Positions 51,203 to 64,000 of a stretch of 64,000 nt of DNA are shown here, one piece after another. The position numbers and the translations under genes were made by a program. The DNA lies in the NCBI RefSeq assembly GCF_006345805.1, contig NC_042997.1, positions 126,232,001 through 126,296,000 of the forward strand, given 5' to 3'. Origin of the DNA: Octopus sinensis (taxonomy: Eukaryota). Within the stretch, counting starts at the first letter, position 1, and each line of letters starts with the position of its first letter. The notes below the pieces were generated by a model, which was not told where the DNA came from, ran no database searches, and worked only from the letters and a program-made list of their open reading frames with translations.

Positions 51203-51400
51203 ATGGCATTTAGCAGAAGATATTCTTTAAAAGAGAGTTCAGACCAGAAGCCAACCTTGCTTACTCGACTTCATCGCAGACTCAGCCTACCGAGAAAATA
51301 TGCCACAAAGAAGAAACGGAAAATATCAGAGGCTTCTATTAATTCTTTGGATCAACCTTTCTCGGATTCTGATTTTCAAAGGTCTCATCAGTTGTCAGAG
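51203..51400 (+). CDS. Candidate first coding exon (exon 51160-51400) of an unidentified gene; 66 aa, basic and Ser-rich
   Basis: Acceptor tcttgtcag|G at 51159/60, in-frame upstream TGA, strong Kozak agtATGG at 51203, phase-0 donor GAG|gtaatg at 51400/01. The peptide is non-repetitive. Confidence 0.6.
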
Positions 51401-51741
51401 GTAATGACCATTTATTGTAGTATTGGTTCTGGTATTATACTGGTAGTGGTGTTGTTGTGTTGTGGTTGAATGTGCTTGGAGAATTTTTAGTGTTTGTGGT
51501 AGGGATATATTGGTGCTGATGGTACGAAGAGGTGTTGAAAATTTCCTGGCTTGGGATAAAAGAAAATACAGGAGGATCAGTCAATTATGATTTTATTCAA
51601 CATATTCCCCTCTCAGATTCACACACTTATTGCAGCAGCCCTTCAGTTTGTCTAAGCCCTGTAAAAGAACTTGGAGTCCCAACCAGACCCTTTGTGACTC
51701 CCTTAAAATCAGGAACTTCTCAGCACCCCCCTTCGTATGTA

Positions 51742-51787
<46 letters not shown>

Positions 51788-51809
51788 ATGTGAATCTTTT
51801 AAAGATTCA

Positions 51810-52027
51810 AATATGTGACCGTGTGTGTATCGTTGGCGATTTTTTTTCCTCCGTCTTCCCTTCCTTGGATCTTTCCATTTTCTATGTTTCTGATGAAGAG
51901 CTTCGCTCGAAACGTTAAATCCTCCTTCTTTCTTTCCTTTCCTGAGTGTCCAATAACACTATACTTGTTCCATGTCCTCACATTGTTGTGTTTTCTCTTT
52001 GTGTTTTCATGTTTGGATTAACTTTAT
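51810..52027 (+). mobile_element. ~200-bp microsatellite-flanked repeat with ultra-minimal hammerhead motif
   Basis: 51886-51920: GUUU CUGAUGA A GAGC UUC GCUC GAAA C GU U AAAU. Paralogs at ~46925-47115 (+) and ~52765-52980 (-). Confidence 0.7.
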
Positions 52028-52283
52028 ACACACACACACACATATATACACACACATATACATATATACACACACATATACATACATACATATATATATG
52101 TATATATATATATGTATATATATATGTGTATATATATATGTGTATATATATATATGTGTATATATGTGTAGGCTCGAAACGTAAAGACTTGTGTTATTTA
52201 TATTTCTGAGCGCCATACTAATACAATTGTTCGTTTGTTTTCCACCTGCCTTCGTCTTTTGTTTATTTTCATAAAGCTTCCCG

Positions 52284-52332
<49 letters not shown>

Positions 52333-52688
52333 ATATGTATATAATATATATATGTGACACTCTTAAAACCAGGAACTTTTCAGCACCCCCTACATAGATA
52401 TGGTGGTGGTGTGTCATAGTACATTAATGGCGCTGGATGTAGTAGTGTGTGGGTGGAGAATAACGGCATGTTTGTGTTGGATATAGCAGCGTGGAGGTGG
52501 TATTACTTTGGCAGTGGTTCACTTGGTCCCTGAAGTGAATCTTCTAACATGGAACAAGCCTATTTTATGGGTTTGGAGAAGGTAAATAAATATATAAATT
52601 GACATAATATAATGTCTAAAAGTTGATGAACCACCTATTGATCCCCTCCATTTTCTTATTGCTCTTTCTCTGTCCGTCTGTCTGTCTG

Positions 52689-52719
<31 letters not shown>

Positions 52720-53000
52720 CCTCTCTATATATATATATATATTATATATATATATATATATAAATAAAGTTAATCCAAACAGAAAGCAACAAAAAAAACA
52801 CAAATATATGAAGACGTGGAATAATATATATTATTGGACGCTCAGGAAGAAGGAAAGAAGGAGGGTTTAACGTTTCGAGTGGAGCTCTTCGTCGGAAACA
52901 TAGGAGAAGGAAAGATCCAGAGAAGGGAAGATAGAGGAAAAAAATCGCCAACGGTACAGACGAGGTCACATTTTGAAAAGGGAAAATATATATATACATA

Positions 53001-53036
<36 letters not shown>

Positions 53037-53769
53037 TGTATGTATGTATGTATGTATGTATGTATGTGTGTGTGTGTGTGTGTGTCACGGAGACAATGAC
53101 AAATGGCTGAGACCTTTGGAATTATGCCATGCTTGAGAAGAAGGCTCCCTCAAGCCAAGTGAAACATAGTCATGGAAGATACTGGGGCCACACAACTGGC
53201 ACCCATGCCAGTGGCATGCAAAAGCACACATTGCACTCTCAGAATGGAAGGCATTAGGAAGGGCATCCAGACATAGAAACCATGCCAAATCAAACTGGGA
53301 TCTGGTTCAGCCTCTTCAGCTTACCAGCTCTGGTCAAACTGTCCAACCCATGACAGTGTCGACGATGGATGTTAAATGATGATGCATTTTCCATGCTAGC
53401 ATGGGTCGGATGGTTCGACCGGGGTCTGGGAAGCCAGGAGGCTGCACCAGGCTCCAGTCTGATTTGGCAGTGTTTCTACAGCTGGATACCCTTCCTAACA
53501 CCAACCACGCTGTGAGTATAGTGAGTGCTTTTTACGTGCCACCGGCACAGGGGCCAGAGGGGGCTGGCAAATGGCCACGATCAGTTGGTGCTTTTATGTG
53601 TCACCGACACGGACGCCAGTCAGGCAGCGCTGGCATCTGCTATGTTTGGACGGTGAAGATGATAGTAATAAACACACACATACACATATTCTTTTAATTT
53701 TATTTGCTTCAGCCATTTGACTGTGGCCATGCTGGAGCACCACTTTTATGAATTTATTCATGAATTTGT

Positions 53770-54175
53770 GTTTACTCTCTCTACTCATGTTACTGTTTTA
53801 CATGTTTCAGTCATTTGACTGCCGCCATGCTGGAGCACCGCCTTCAATCGAGCAAATCGACCCCAGAACGTATTCTTTGTAAGCCTAGTACTTATTCTAT
53901 CGGTCCCTTTTGCTGAACCACTAAGTTACAGGGACGTAAACACACCAGCATTGGTTGTCAAACGATGTTGAGGGGTCAAACACAGACACACAAACACACA
54001 TACACACATATATATACATATACATATATACAATGGGCTTCCTTCAGTTTCCGTCTACCAAATCCACTCACAAGGCTTTGGTCGGCCTGAGGCTATAGTA
54101 GAAGACACTTGCCCAAGGTGCCACGCAATAAACTGAACCTGGAACCATGTGGTTGGTAAGCAAGCTACTTACCAC
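53770..54175 (-). mobile_element. CORE-type SINE
   Basis: Reverse complement of the 11007-11430 family. Confidence 0.88.
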
Positions 54176-54587
54176 GTGTATATTGTGTGTGTGTTGTAGT
54201 GTTGTTGATCTTGATTAGATCGAAGTCAGCACTGATTGAGATCTATGACCAAAAGCGTTCCACCTATGACCAACCCAATTCAATGGCTAATGTATCCTTC
54301 CTTTTTTTTCATGAGGTTAAGGAATAATTTGGGGGTGATTTTGCTGTGATTTCTAGCAGGTTGAGCAACGACATTGAGCCATCCTTTTTGGCTTGATGCT
54401 TGATGTGTGATGTCATATGTTGGTGACTGCATGAGTGTTAGGGAATCTCTGAATGTTTAGGAAACTAATGTTGTTTGTCTCTATGCTGTGTGTGTGTTCC
54501 TCTGTTTGTGTGTTTATAGACATTATATGTGTATGAAAGTGTATAGAAAAATGTATGCGTATGGAAGTCATGTCTGAATGAGAGTAC

Positions 54588-54634
<47 letters not shown>

Positions 54635-54884
54635 GTGTGTGTGTGTGTGTTTTCAGTCATAGGAGATTATGTGTGTTTGGATATATGGCTACTACTTGAT
54701 GGTGTGTTATTTCTTTACAGTTTTTTTTTGGAACAGAAGTATGTGTGTGTGTGTGGGGGGAGGGGTAATTTGGGGTAGGGGTCATGCACTTGTATTTATG
54801 TTTATGTATTTGGCTGTCATTATGGAAAACATGTGTATGAATGTCATATATATATGTATATATATGTGTATATATATGTACATT

Positions 54885-54938
54885 TGTATGTATTTATACA
54901 TGCATACATACATACATGCATACATACATACACACACA

Positions 54939-54992
<54 letters not shown>

Positions 54993-55178
54993 ACTGCAAA
55001 GCACTGCTGGGTTGTGTGTAACCTTGGTTAAACCAAATAAGATTTTGATTGGGATTTGGTTGATGGAAATTGCACCAAAATACATTGTGGGTATGTGTCC
55101 GTCCGTCCATATATATATATATATATAATCTATGTGTATATGTATGTATGTATATATGTATGTGTATATATGTATGTG

Positions 55179-55210
<32 letters not shown>

Positions 55211-55841
55211 ATGTATACATACATATACACACACACATACATATATAAATACATGTATGTGTGTGTGTATATATATATATGTATGCATATATATGTATAT
55301 ATTTGCACATATATATATATGTGTGTGAATATATGTATATATTTATGCATATATACATATATGTATATGTATATGTATACATATATATATATATATGTAT
55401 ATGTATATGTGCATACACACAGACACACACACACACACATACACATATATGTAAACACATGCACACATCCACATACACAAGTACCACTGTGTGTGTGGGC
55501 GTGTGTATATCTGAGTCCATATGCGTGCTAGTGTTTACCAATGTCAAATCGGTGTTGTATCAAAAAGCCTAACTTAGTGATTCAATAAATATTGGTTGAT
55601 TAAATAAGTACAAGAATAAAATAAGTAGTGGGGTCAATATAATCAAGCAGAACCTTTGATGGTGGTACCCAGCTTGGCCACAGTCCAATGACTTGAACCG
55701 GTGAAAGAATAAAAGGCAGAGAATAAAAGAATCAAAGAATATGTATTTATGTGTGTGTGCGTATGTGTGTATGTGTGTATGTATACATATATATATATAT
55801 ATACATACATACACACATATATATATGCATATATATATATA

Positions 55842-55886
<45 letters not shown>

Positions 55887-56811
55887 TTATATATATACAT
55901 ACATACACACAAACATACATACATGCATACATATACATACATCCATGCATACAACACACACACACACACACACCACACACACACATAACTGCAAAGCACT
56001 GCTGGGTTGTGTGTAACCTTGGTTAAACCAAATAAGATTTGATGGGGATTTGGTTGATGGAATTGCACCAAAATACATTGTGGGTATGTGTCCGTCCGTC
56101 CATATATATATATATATATAATCTATGTGTATATGTATGTATGTATATATGTATGTGTATATATGTATGTGTATATATATATATATATTATATATATATA
56201 TATATGTATACATACATATACACACACACATACATATATAAATACATGTATGTGTGTGTGTATATATATATATATGCATATATATATATATATGTATGCA
56301 TATATATGTATATATATGTGTATATATATATATATATATGCATATATATATATATGTATATGTATATGTATACATATATATATATATATGTATATGTATA
56401 TGTGCATACACACAGACACACACACACACATACACATATATGTAAACACATGCACACATCCACATACACAAGTACCACTGTGTGTGTGGGCGTGTGTATA
56501 TCTGAGTCCATATGCGTGCTAGTGTTTACCAATGTCAAATCGGTGTTGTATCAAAAAGCCTAACTTAGTGATTCAAAAATATTGGTTGATTAAATAAGTA
56601 CAAGAATAAAATAAGTAGTGGGGTCAATATAATCAAGCAGAAACCTTTGATGGTGGTACCCAGCTGGCACAGTCCAATGACTTGAACCGGTGAAAGAATA
56701 AAAGGCAGAGAATAAAAGAATCAAAGAATATGTATTTATGTGTGTGTGCGTATGTGTGTATGTGTGTATGTATACATATATATATATAATACATACACAC
56801 ATATATATATA

Positions 56812-56870
<59 letters not shown>

Positions 56871-56937
56871 CATACATACACACAACATACATACATGCAT
56901 ACATATACATACATCCATGCATACAACACACACACAC

Positions 56938-56960
<23 letters not shown>
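54885..56960. repeat. ~1-kb direct tandem duplication embedded in (TA)/(CA) microsatellite
   Basis: Unique blocks recur at 54990/55986 and at 55470/56470. Confidence 0.9.
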
Positions 56961-56975
<15 letters not shown>

Positions 56976-57203
56976 CGTATATATATATTTACATATATAC
57001 AGATATATAACATTTATATATATATATTATATATATATATATATACATACATATATATATATATACATACATACATGCATACATACATGCATATATATAC
57101 ATACATATATATATATGTGTATATATACATACATATATTTATATATATACATTTATCTATATATACATATACACACATATATATATATATATACACATAT
57201 ATA

Positions 57204-57254
<51 letters not shown>

Positions 57255-57670
57255 TATATATATATATATATATATACAGATATATATATGCATTATTACA
57301 TTATGTGCAATTTAGTATGTTATGTTTTGTTCTTATATACGAGATGTACGTATATATTTTCTATGCTCTTTTGTGGGTGTATATTTATTTTTATGTGACT
57401 GTATGTATTTATGAGTTCCTAAGAAAGTAAGAATATGTGTTGTGTAGGTGTGTAGTGTGTGTGTGTGTGTATGTAAGAGCATATTTTAGTGAGTATGCTT
57501 AAGTATATGTTTGTATGTCTGTGGATGTTTCGTAAAAGAAAAATTAAGTGAGTGTGAGTGTGTGTATGAATGTGTGTGTGTGTATATATATGAGTGTATG
57601 CATTTATTTGTGTTTGTGTATCGTAATGTAGATTTGTACAAATGAAGTTATATGTATGTGCATGTATGTG

Positions 57671-57702
<32 letters not shown>

Positions 57703-58278
57703 TGTATGTATGTGTGTATATGCAAGTGTATTTTAGTGAATTGAAGCCATGTGCATAATTAAACAGATAAAATGAGCTAAGGGAAATAACTCAATTAGGC
57801 CTATGGTATGAATGTAGATAAATAAATTAGGAGTGATTTAACTGAATAATATATATACAAAAACTTCTAGATGAGCTAAAGCTTCCTCATTTAGTTACAG
57901 AAAGAAAACAAAACCACAATTGTTTGTGAGTCACCCAAATAAAGGGAGATAATTTCAAGACCTCTCAAAATATATTTACATACTTAGGGAAAGGCATATC
58001 TCAGGTGTTTGTTTTTAGGCAAGAGGCAACAGGGCCACTTTCCAGTCTTTTAGACTCATCAGATTAGTATACTCTACTCAAGCATGCTTTCTTTGTACAG
58101 AAGACATTCATGTTAAAATACACATATTTTCCCAGTCCTATGCACTAAAAAATACATACAGTCACACAAAAATATGTATATACCTCCTAAACTGCATACA
58201 AAATATACTACATACATCGCGTATATATGCATAAAATATAACACATACTAAAGTGCACAGAACACAATAATGCATATA

Positions 58279-59207
58279 TATTGGGTCATCCCATAAATAA
58301 TGCGTTGTTTTTCAATTGCATGAACTAAAAGCTGGAGGGGGAGGGGATAAACTACCTGCATCAACTTGCTATAAAAATAGGTAGTAATTTTACCTTGTAC
58401 TTATTCTTAGTGCAAGTTTTGAAGGGTGCAGTTCTATTTTAAAAGTTATTTTTTCAAAGCCGTGATGGAAGTGACAAAGGAACATATTTGGCATATTTTG
58501 CTTTATAAGTTTAATAAAGGCAACAATGCAATGGAAAGTGTCAGGAATATTAAGGCAGTATAAAGGGATCGGACAATAAGTATAAACCATTGCCAATGAT
58601 ATTTCCAGAAATTTCAAACCAGAAACTACAGCCTAGAAGATGAGCCTTGTCCTGGAAGATCTATAGAGCTCAACCAGGATATCCTGCACACCCCGGTAGA
58701 ACAAAATCCCATCATAGCTGTTGAGGAACTAGTAGAGAAGCTTGGATTTGGTCATTCAACCAGTAATTCAAGTCAGCACTAGAAGAAAGACGACTATCTT
58801 TGGTTTCAGAATGGAAGTTGTTCTTCCATGAGGATAATGCTTGGCCACATACAGTGAGGATGGCGCATTCCATAGGCTGGAGCAGTTTGAATAGGTACAA
58901 TACTCTACCCACCATATTCGCCGGACATTGCCCCATCTGATTATCATTTATTTTGCAGTTTTCAAAATCATTTGGATAGAGAAAATATGAATTCTGTAGA
59001 TGATGTCAAAACAGCACTGGGGGAGTATTTTGCGTCATGAACAAGTGAACTTTGGAAGAGGGGCCTTGCAAGTCTACCAGGTAGATGGAAGAACATTGTA
59101 GAAAATGAAGGCAAATATATTTTAGATTAAAAAAGAACTTTTTCAATCTTAATTTTGAAAAATAAAAGAAGTATAAAAAACTGCATTATTTATGGGATGA
59201 CCCAATA
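58279..59207 (+). mobile_element. Internally deleted mariner with both TIRs
   Basis: TIR tattgggtcatcccataaataatgc at both ends. MEVTKEHIWHILLYKFNKG..LGFGHST joins directly to FFHEDNA..PPYSPDIAPSDYHLF. Confidence 0.92.
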
Positions 59208-61523
59208 TCATCATCATCATCATCATCATCATCATTTAGCGTCCGCTTTCCATGCTAGCATGGGTTGGATGGTTCAACTGGGGTCTGTGAAGCCAGAAGG
59301 CTGCATCAGGTCCAGTCTGATCTAGCAGTGTTTCTATGGCTGGATGCCCTTCCTAATGCCAACCACTCTGTGAGTGTAGTGGGTGCTTTTTATGTGCCAC
59401 CCGCACAGGTGCCAGACGGAGCTGGCAAACGGCCATGGACGGATAATGCTTTTTACGTGCCACCGGCACGGGGGCGAGGCGAGGCTGGCAACGGCCACGA
59501 TCGGATGATGCTTTTTACGTGCCACCGGCACGGGGGCCAGGCGAGGTTGGCAATGGCCACGATCGGATGGTGCTTTTTACGTGCCACCGGCACAGAGGCC
59601 AGTCGGGGCGGCGCTGGCAACGGCCACAATCGGATGGTTCGCTTACTTGTCACCGGCACTGGTATCACAGCTGCAATTTCCATTGATGTTGTTCGACTTC
59701 GATTTTGGTTCTGCTTTCTGATATCTAATTTGATTTGGTTTGATTTTGATTTTGATTTTGATTTTGATTTTCACTTGCCTCAACGGGTCTTCACAGTGGA
59801 GTTTTGTGTCCCAAGAAGGAAAGGTATGTATAAGTCGACTGGCTACATACCAGGTAGAGGCCACGGATTATGGTCTCACTAGTCTTGCCGGGTCTTCTCA
59901 CGTTCAGCATACTTCCATAGGTCTCGGTCTCTAGTCATTTCCTTGGTGAGACCTAAAGTTTGAAGGTCGTGCTTCACCACCTCGTCCCAGGTTTTCCTGG
60001 GTCTACCTCTTCCACAGGTTCCCTCAACTGCTAGGGTGTGGCACTTTTGCACACAACTATCTTCAGCCATTCTCGTCACATGACCATACCAGCGCAAACG
60101 TCTCTCTTGCACATCACAACTGATGCTTCTTAGGTCCAACTTTTCTCTCAAGGTACTTACACTCTGTTGATTATTAACACTGACATTACACATCCATCAG
60201 AGCATACTGGCTTCATTTCTTGCGAGCTTACGCATATCCTCAGCAGTCACAGCCCATGTTTCACTACCATGTAGCATGGCTGTACGTACACATGCATCAT
60301 ACAGTCTGCCTTTTACTCTGAGCGAGAGGCCTTTTGTCACCAGCAGGGGTAAGAGCTCTCTGAACTTTGCCCAGGCTATTCTTACTCTAGCAGTTACACT
60401 TTCAGCACACCCGCCCCCGCTACTGACTTGGTCACCTAGGTAGCGGAAGCTATCAACTACTTCTAGTTTTTCTCCCTGGAACGTGGTAGAAGTTGGTCTC
60501 TGCACATTTTCAGTGTTTATTGCTCCTGAGCATCTGCCACAGACAAAAACTATTTTCCTAGTTAGCACCTCTTGTGTGTCCATAGCTTTCACTTGGTGCA
60601 CCTTATAGAGTTTCTACCTACACCTTTTTTACAGATCGAGCAGGGCCATCTACCTGAAGGTGTTTGTGATTGGTCTACCTTCCTACTTATTAGGACTTTG
60701 GTTTTGGCTAGGTTGATTCTAAGGCCCTTCGATTCTAATCCTTGCTTCCACACCTGAAACTTCTCCTCCAGTTCTGATAGTGACTCAGCAATTAGAGCAA
60801 GGTCATCAGCATAGAGGAGCTCCCAGGGGCATCCTGTCTTGAATTCTCCATTATTGCCTGGAGGACTATGATAAATAGGAGGGGACTGAGGACTGAACCT
60901 TGGTGGACCCCAACCTCTACCTGGAATTCTTCACCGTACTCGTTGCCAACCCTCACCTTACTAGCAGCATCTCTGTACATGGCTCGCACAGCTCTCACTA
61001 ACCATTCATCTATCCCTAGTTTCCTCATTGACCACCAGATAAGGGATCGGGGGACCCTGTCGAAGGCTTTCTCCATGTCAACAAAAGCCAGGTAAAGGGG
61101 CTTATCTTTGGCTAGGTACTTCTCCTGCAGCTGTCTTACCAGGAATATAGCATCAGTAGTACTTTTCCCTGGCACAAACCCAAACTGCATCTCATCTAAG
61201 CTAACTCTCTCTCTAATTAGTTGGGCTATAACCCTCTCCGTAACCTTCATTACCTGATCCAGCAGCTTGATACCCCTGTAGTTATTTGTATCTAGGGCGT
61301 CACCTTTACCTTTGTAGCAGTTGACTATTATGCTGCTACACCAGTCATTGGGAATGACTCCTTTGTGTATCACCTGGTTAACTATACGGGTGACTAGGCT
61401 ATAGCCTACACTACCAGATATTTTGAGCATCTCTGCAGTAATTCCTGATGGGCCTGGGGCTTTCCCTGTTTTCATGCTTGTAATTGCCTTAACTACTAAG
61501 GAACTGTCAACTCGGATTGCTGA
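59208..61523 (-). mobile_element. 5'-truncated RTE LINE (RT, PHD-like finger, 3' UTR)
   Basis: ORFs 61475-60792, 60601-60197 and 60193-59879 are homologous to the 37.8-41.2 kb copy. (GAT)n tail. Confidence 0.96.
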
Positions 61524-61548
61524 TATATATATATATATATATATATAT

Positions 61549-61940
61549 AAAGAATAAGGAGAAAATGGAGAGATAGTTGATAAAATTATTTATTAATTAT
61601 AAAATGTGACAACATTTCTGACAGCTGTTTCGATTCAGAAATCTTAAGATAATTTATAAAATTAAAATCATTATAAGATGAATGTCTTCAGAGGTAGTAA
61701 GGATATACTGTTGAGATAATGGCTGTGAAACTGTTAACAGTCTCATATCATTATCTCAACATCTATTTCTAATTGGTATATCCTTATTACCTCTGAAGAG
61801 TTTCATCTTATAATAAATTTAATTTTATAAGTTAATTATCTTAAGATTTCTGAATCAAAACAGCTGTCAGAGATGTTGTCATATTTTATAATTAATAAAT
61901 AATTTTATTAATTACCTCTCCATTTTTCTCCTTATTCTTT
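61549..61940. mobile_element. Fold-back palindrome (~175-bp arms) with an HHR motif in each arm, flanked by (TA)n
   Basis: Minus 61694-61617: CUGAAGA..GAAAC AGCU GUC AGA. Plus 61790-61871: CUGAAGA..AAAAC AGCU GUC AGA. Confidence 0.85.
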
Positions 61941-62075
61941 ACATATATATATATGAACCACGGTTCATATGGTTATCTTATTGTTGATCTTTCTATAGAT
62001 TGGTAACTAACCAGTATTTTCATTGGATTTATGATCCCTTAAGGAGGTTTATTACCTTTACTTGATATATATATA

Positions 62076-62224
62076 TATAAGGCAAAATAGGAAAATGGAG
62101 AGGATATAAAATTGATAAACATCAGCCAGTAAATATTTCATCATATCTATTTATTAAATGATAACAAACATGTGTTAAGTGGTACAAGTAAAGGAATATG
62201 AGATTAGCCAATAAATACGTAAAC

Positions 62225-62286
<62 letters not shown>

Positions 62287-62666
62287 TATATATGAATGAA
62301 TTTCCCACATGTTAGTTTCCTACCATTTGTACTCTCTAAAGAAGCCTTGAGGCTCAACCATTACCCAATCTCTGTCCAATGTTTGTTCATCCCTGTACAT
62401 CACTGATGTGATGTGGATGACTTGGAAGATTCTGAGGCCTCATGGTAGAAACAGCTGTAAGTGATTTGTTTCTGTACACTCATCTATTACTATTTCCTCA
62501 TTTCTCTCTATATATCTGTTTATGTATTTATTGGCTGATCTCATATTCCTTTACTTGTACCACTTAAACACATGTTTGTTATCATTTAATAAATAGATAT
62601 GATGTAATGTTTACCAGCTGATGTTCGTCGATTTTATATCCTCTCCATTTTCTTATTTGCCTTATA
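62076..62666. mobile_element. Inverted repeat (~155-bp arms) around a ~280-bp spacer holding an HHR 3' half
   Basis: 62076-62232 pairs with 62511-62666. GAAAC AGCU GUA AGUGAU at 62448-62465. The terminus aggaaaatggagag resembles that of 61549. Confidence 0.8.
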
Positions 62667-62861
62667 AATCTTGGGTAAATTTACAATTTACCCCCACCCA
62701 TACCTAGTATTCAATTGTAATATTGCCATGCAATAGTAAGCAATTTGTTAAAAATATGTAGGTACACATCCAGTAGTATATTGGATATTTAATATCCCTT
62801 AGATGGTTTATTACCTCTAACAACTCATACAGACATATATATATATATGTGTGTGTGTGTG

Positions 62862-62924
<63 letters not shown>

Positions 62925-62940
62925 ATATATATATATATAT

Positions 62941-63118
62941 ATGGAGTGGACAAGTGGAGGAGGAGATTGGGAGGGTTGGCTTGAGAAGGGAGGATGCTCA
63001 AAAAAGGGCAAGATGGCAAGATGGTGTGAAGGCGGCTGCTATGGCATTGAGGTAGATCTGGCCACCTCCGTTAACAGGAACAAACCCGGATTTAAAATAC
63101 TGGATATTGATGATGATA
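62941..63118 (+). mobile_element. 3' end of second RTE subfamily
   Basis: Encodes QVEEEIGRVGLRREDAQKRARWQDGVKAAAMALR*, then a (GAT)n tail. Confidence 0.7.
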
Positions 63119-63677
63119 CATAGATAGTCAATAAAAGATATAGCATAAAAGGAGCACACTCTAAAGAAAAGACAGTTAATATGGTGCAATGATCCAGTGG
63201 TGTTATCACTGTGGTTATCACTACTGGTCATATGGTTGGTGATGTAGCTACTGGTGTTAGTGCGGGCGTGGCCAGTGGTGACATTAGGTGCAGGGCTGGT
63301 CATCCCATCAGTGTTTAAGAAATATGTTTTAAAACATGTTTCATATCTTTAGTTGCCTTATTGACCATATGTGTGTGCATGTGCATGTGTGTATATGTAT
63401 CTGTGCCTGGGCAAGCATTTATGTTGGTATTATTATTAAAACAAAAATTTAAATTTTGGACATAGAGTTACCAAAGGTTTCATATCCACAAAGCCAAAGC
63501 CTTGTGGATAGCTTGTCAGACTCAATACAAAGTCAAAATGTTTAAACTTTCTACATTGCGAACATGAGGAAATACTCAGAAATTTAAATTTAAAACTTAA
63601 CATATAAAAGCGTTAATGAGGATGGGATGTCTCCCCTGAACCAAAGGATAAAGCAACCATTATAGACCCGAAAAAGC

Positions 63678-64000
63678 TTAACTAGCAAACGGAGAGATCC
63701 AATTTTCCAGTTGGTAGTGCTTGAAGTGGACACATTTAGAAAAAAACTTCTTTACGACTATTTAATGCGTCAGGTTTGGTAAAATCCTTAAGAATTTTGG
63801 CTCTCTCTGCATGAGGCCCCTTGATCTTTGAGGTGCCACATAATGGCAGGCCAGGGACATGACAAACTATCTTTCTGGGACTCTGAAGGATGACTGGTGG
63901 TTGTGGAAGTGACGTTTGAAAGATGTACTGGCAGATCTGATAAATTTACAAACTTGGGATGTGGCTATATTTACACTCCTGGTATATCTCCGATAGGCTC
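63678..64000 (-). mobile_element. Decayed Penelope-like GIY-YIG C-terminal region (runs off the window)
   Basis: Frameshifted translation KFIRSASTSFKRHFHNHQSSF / MWHLKDQG / FTKPDALNSRKEVF / SKCVHFKHYQLENW resembles PLE endonuclease C-termini (recalled). Confidence 0.65.

Overview
AT-rich, microsatellite-saturated animal genomic DNA. The SINE/LINE repertoire is most consistent with an octopus (inferred from recalled repeat families, no database search). There is no complete gene, and most supplied ORFs are translations of microsatellites. One good candidate first coding exon lies at 51160-51400 (+). The rest is mobile DNA: RTE-clade LINEs (one near full length but disabled, with a PHD-type finger after the RT), many RTE 3' tails, three or four tRNA-derived SINE families, decayed mariner and rosa-like transposons, a HERO-like non-LTR fragment and two Penelope-like (PLE) GIY-YIG fragments. 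The main hidden signal is a dense set of hammerhead ribozyme (HHR) motifs: about a dozen loci from several unrelated short repeat families. They include one with a perfect type I core (37532-37622) and several long fold-back palindromes carrying an HHR in each arm. These look like non-autonomous PLE-derived or retrozyme-like elements. All coordinates and pairings were read by eye, so repeat boundaries are approximate.
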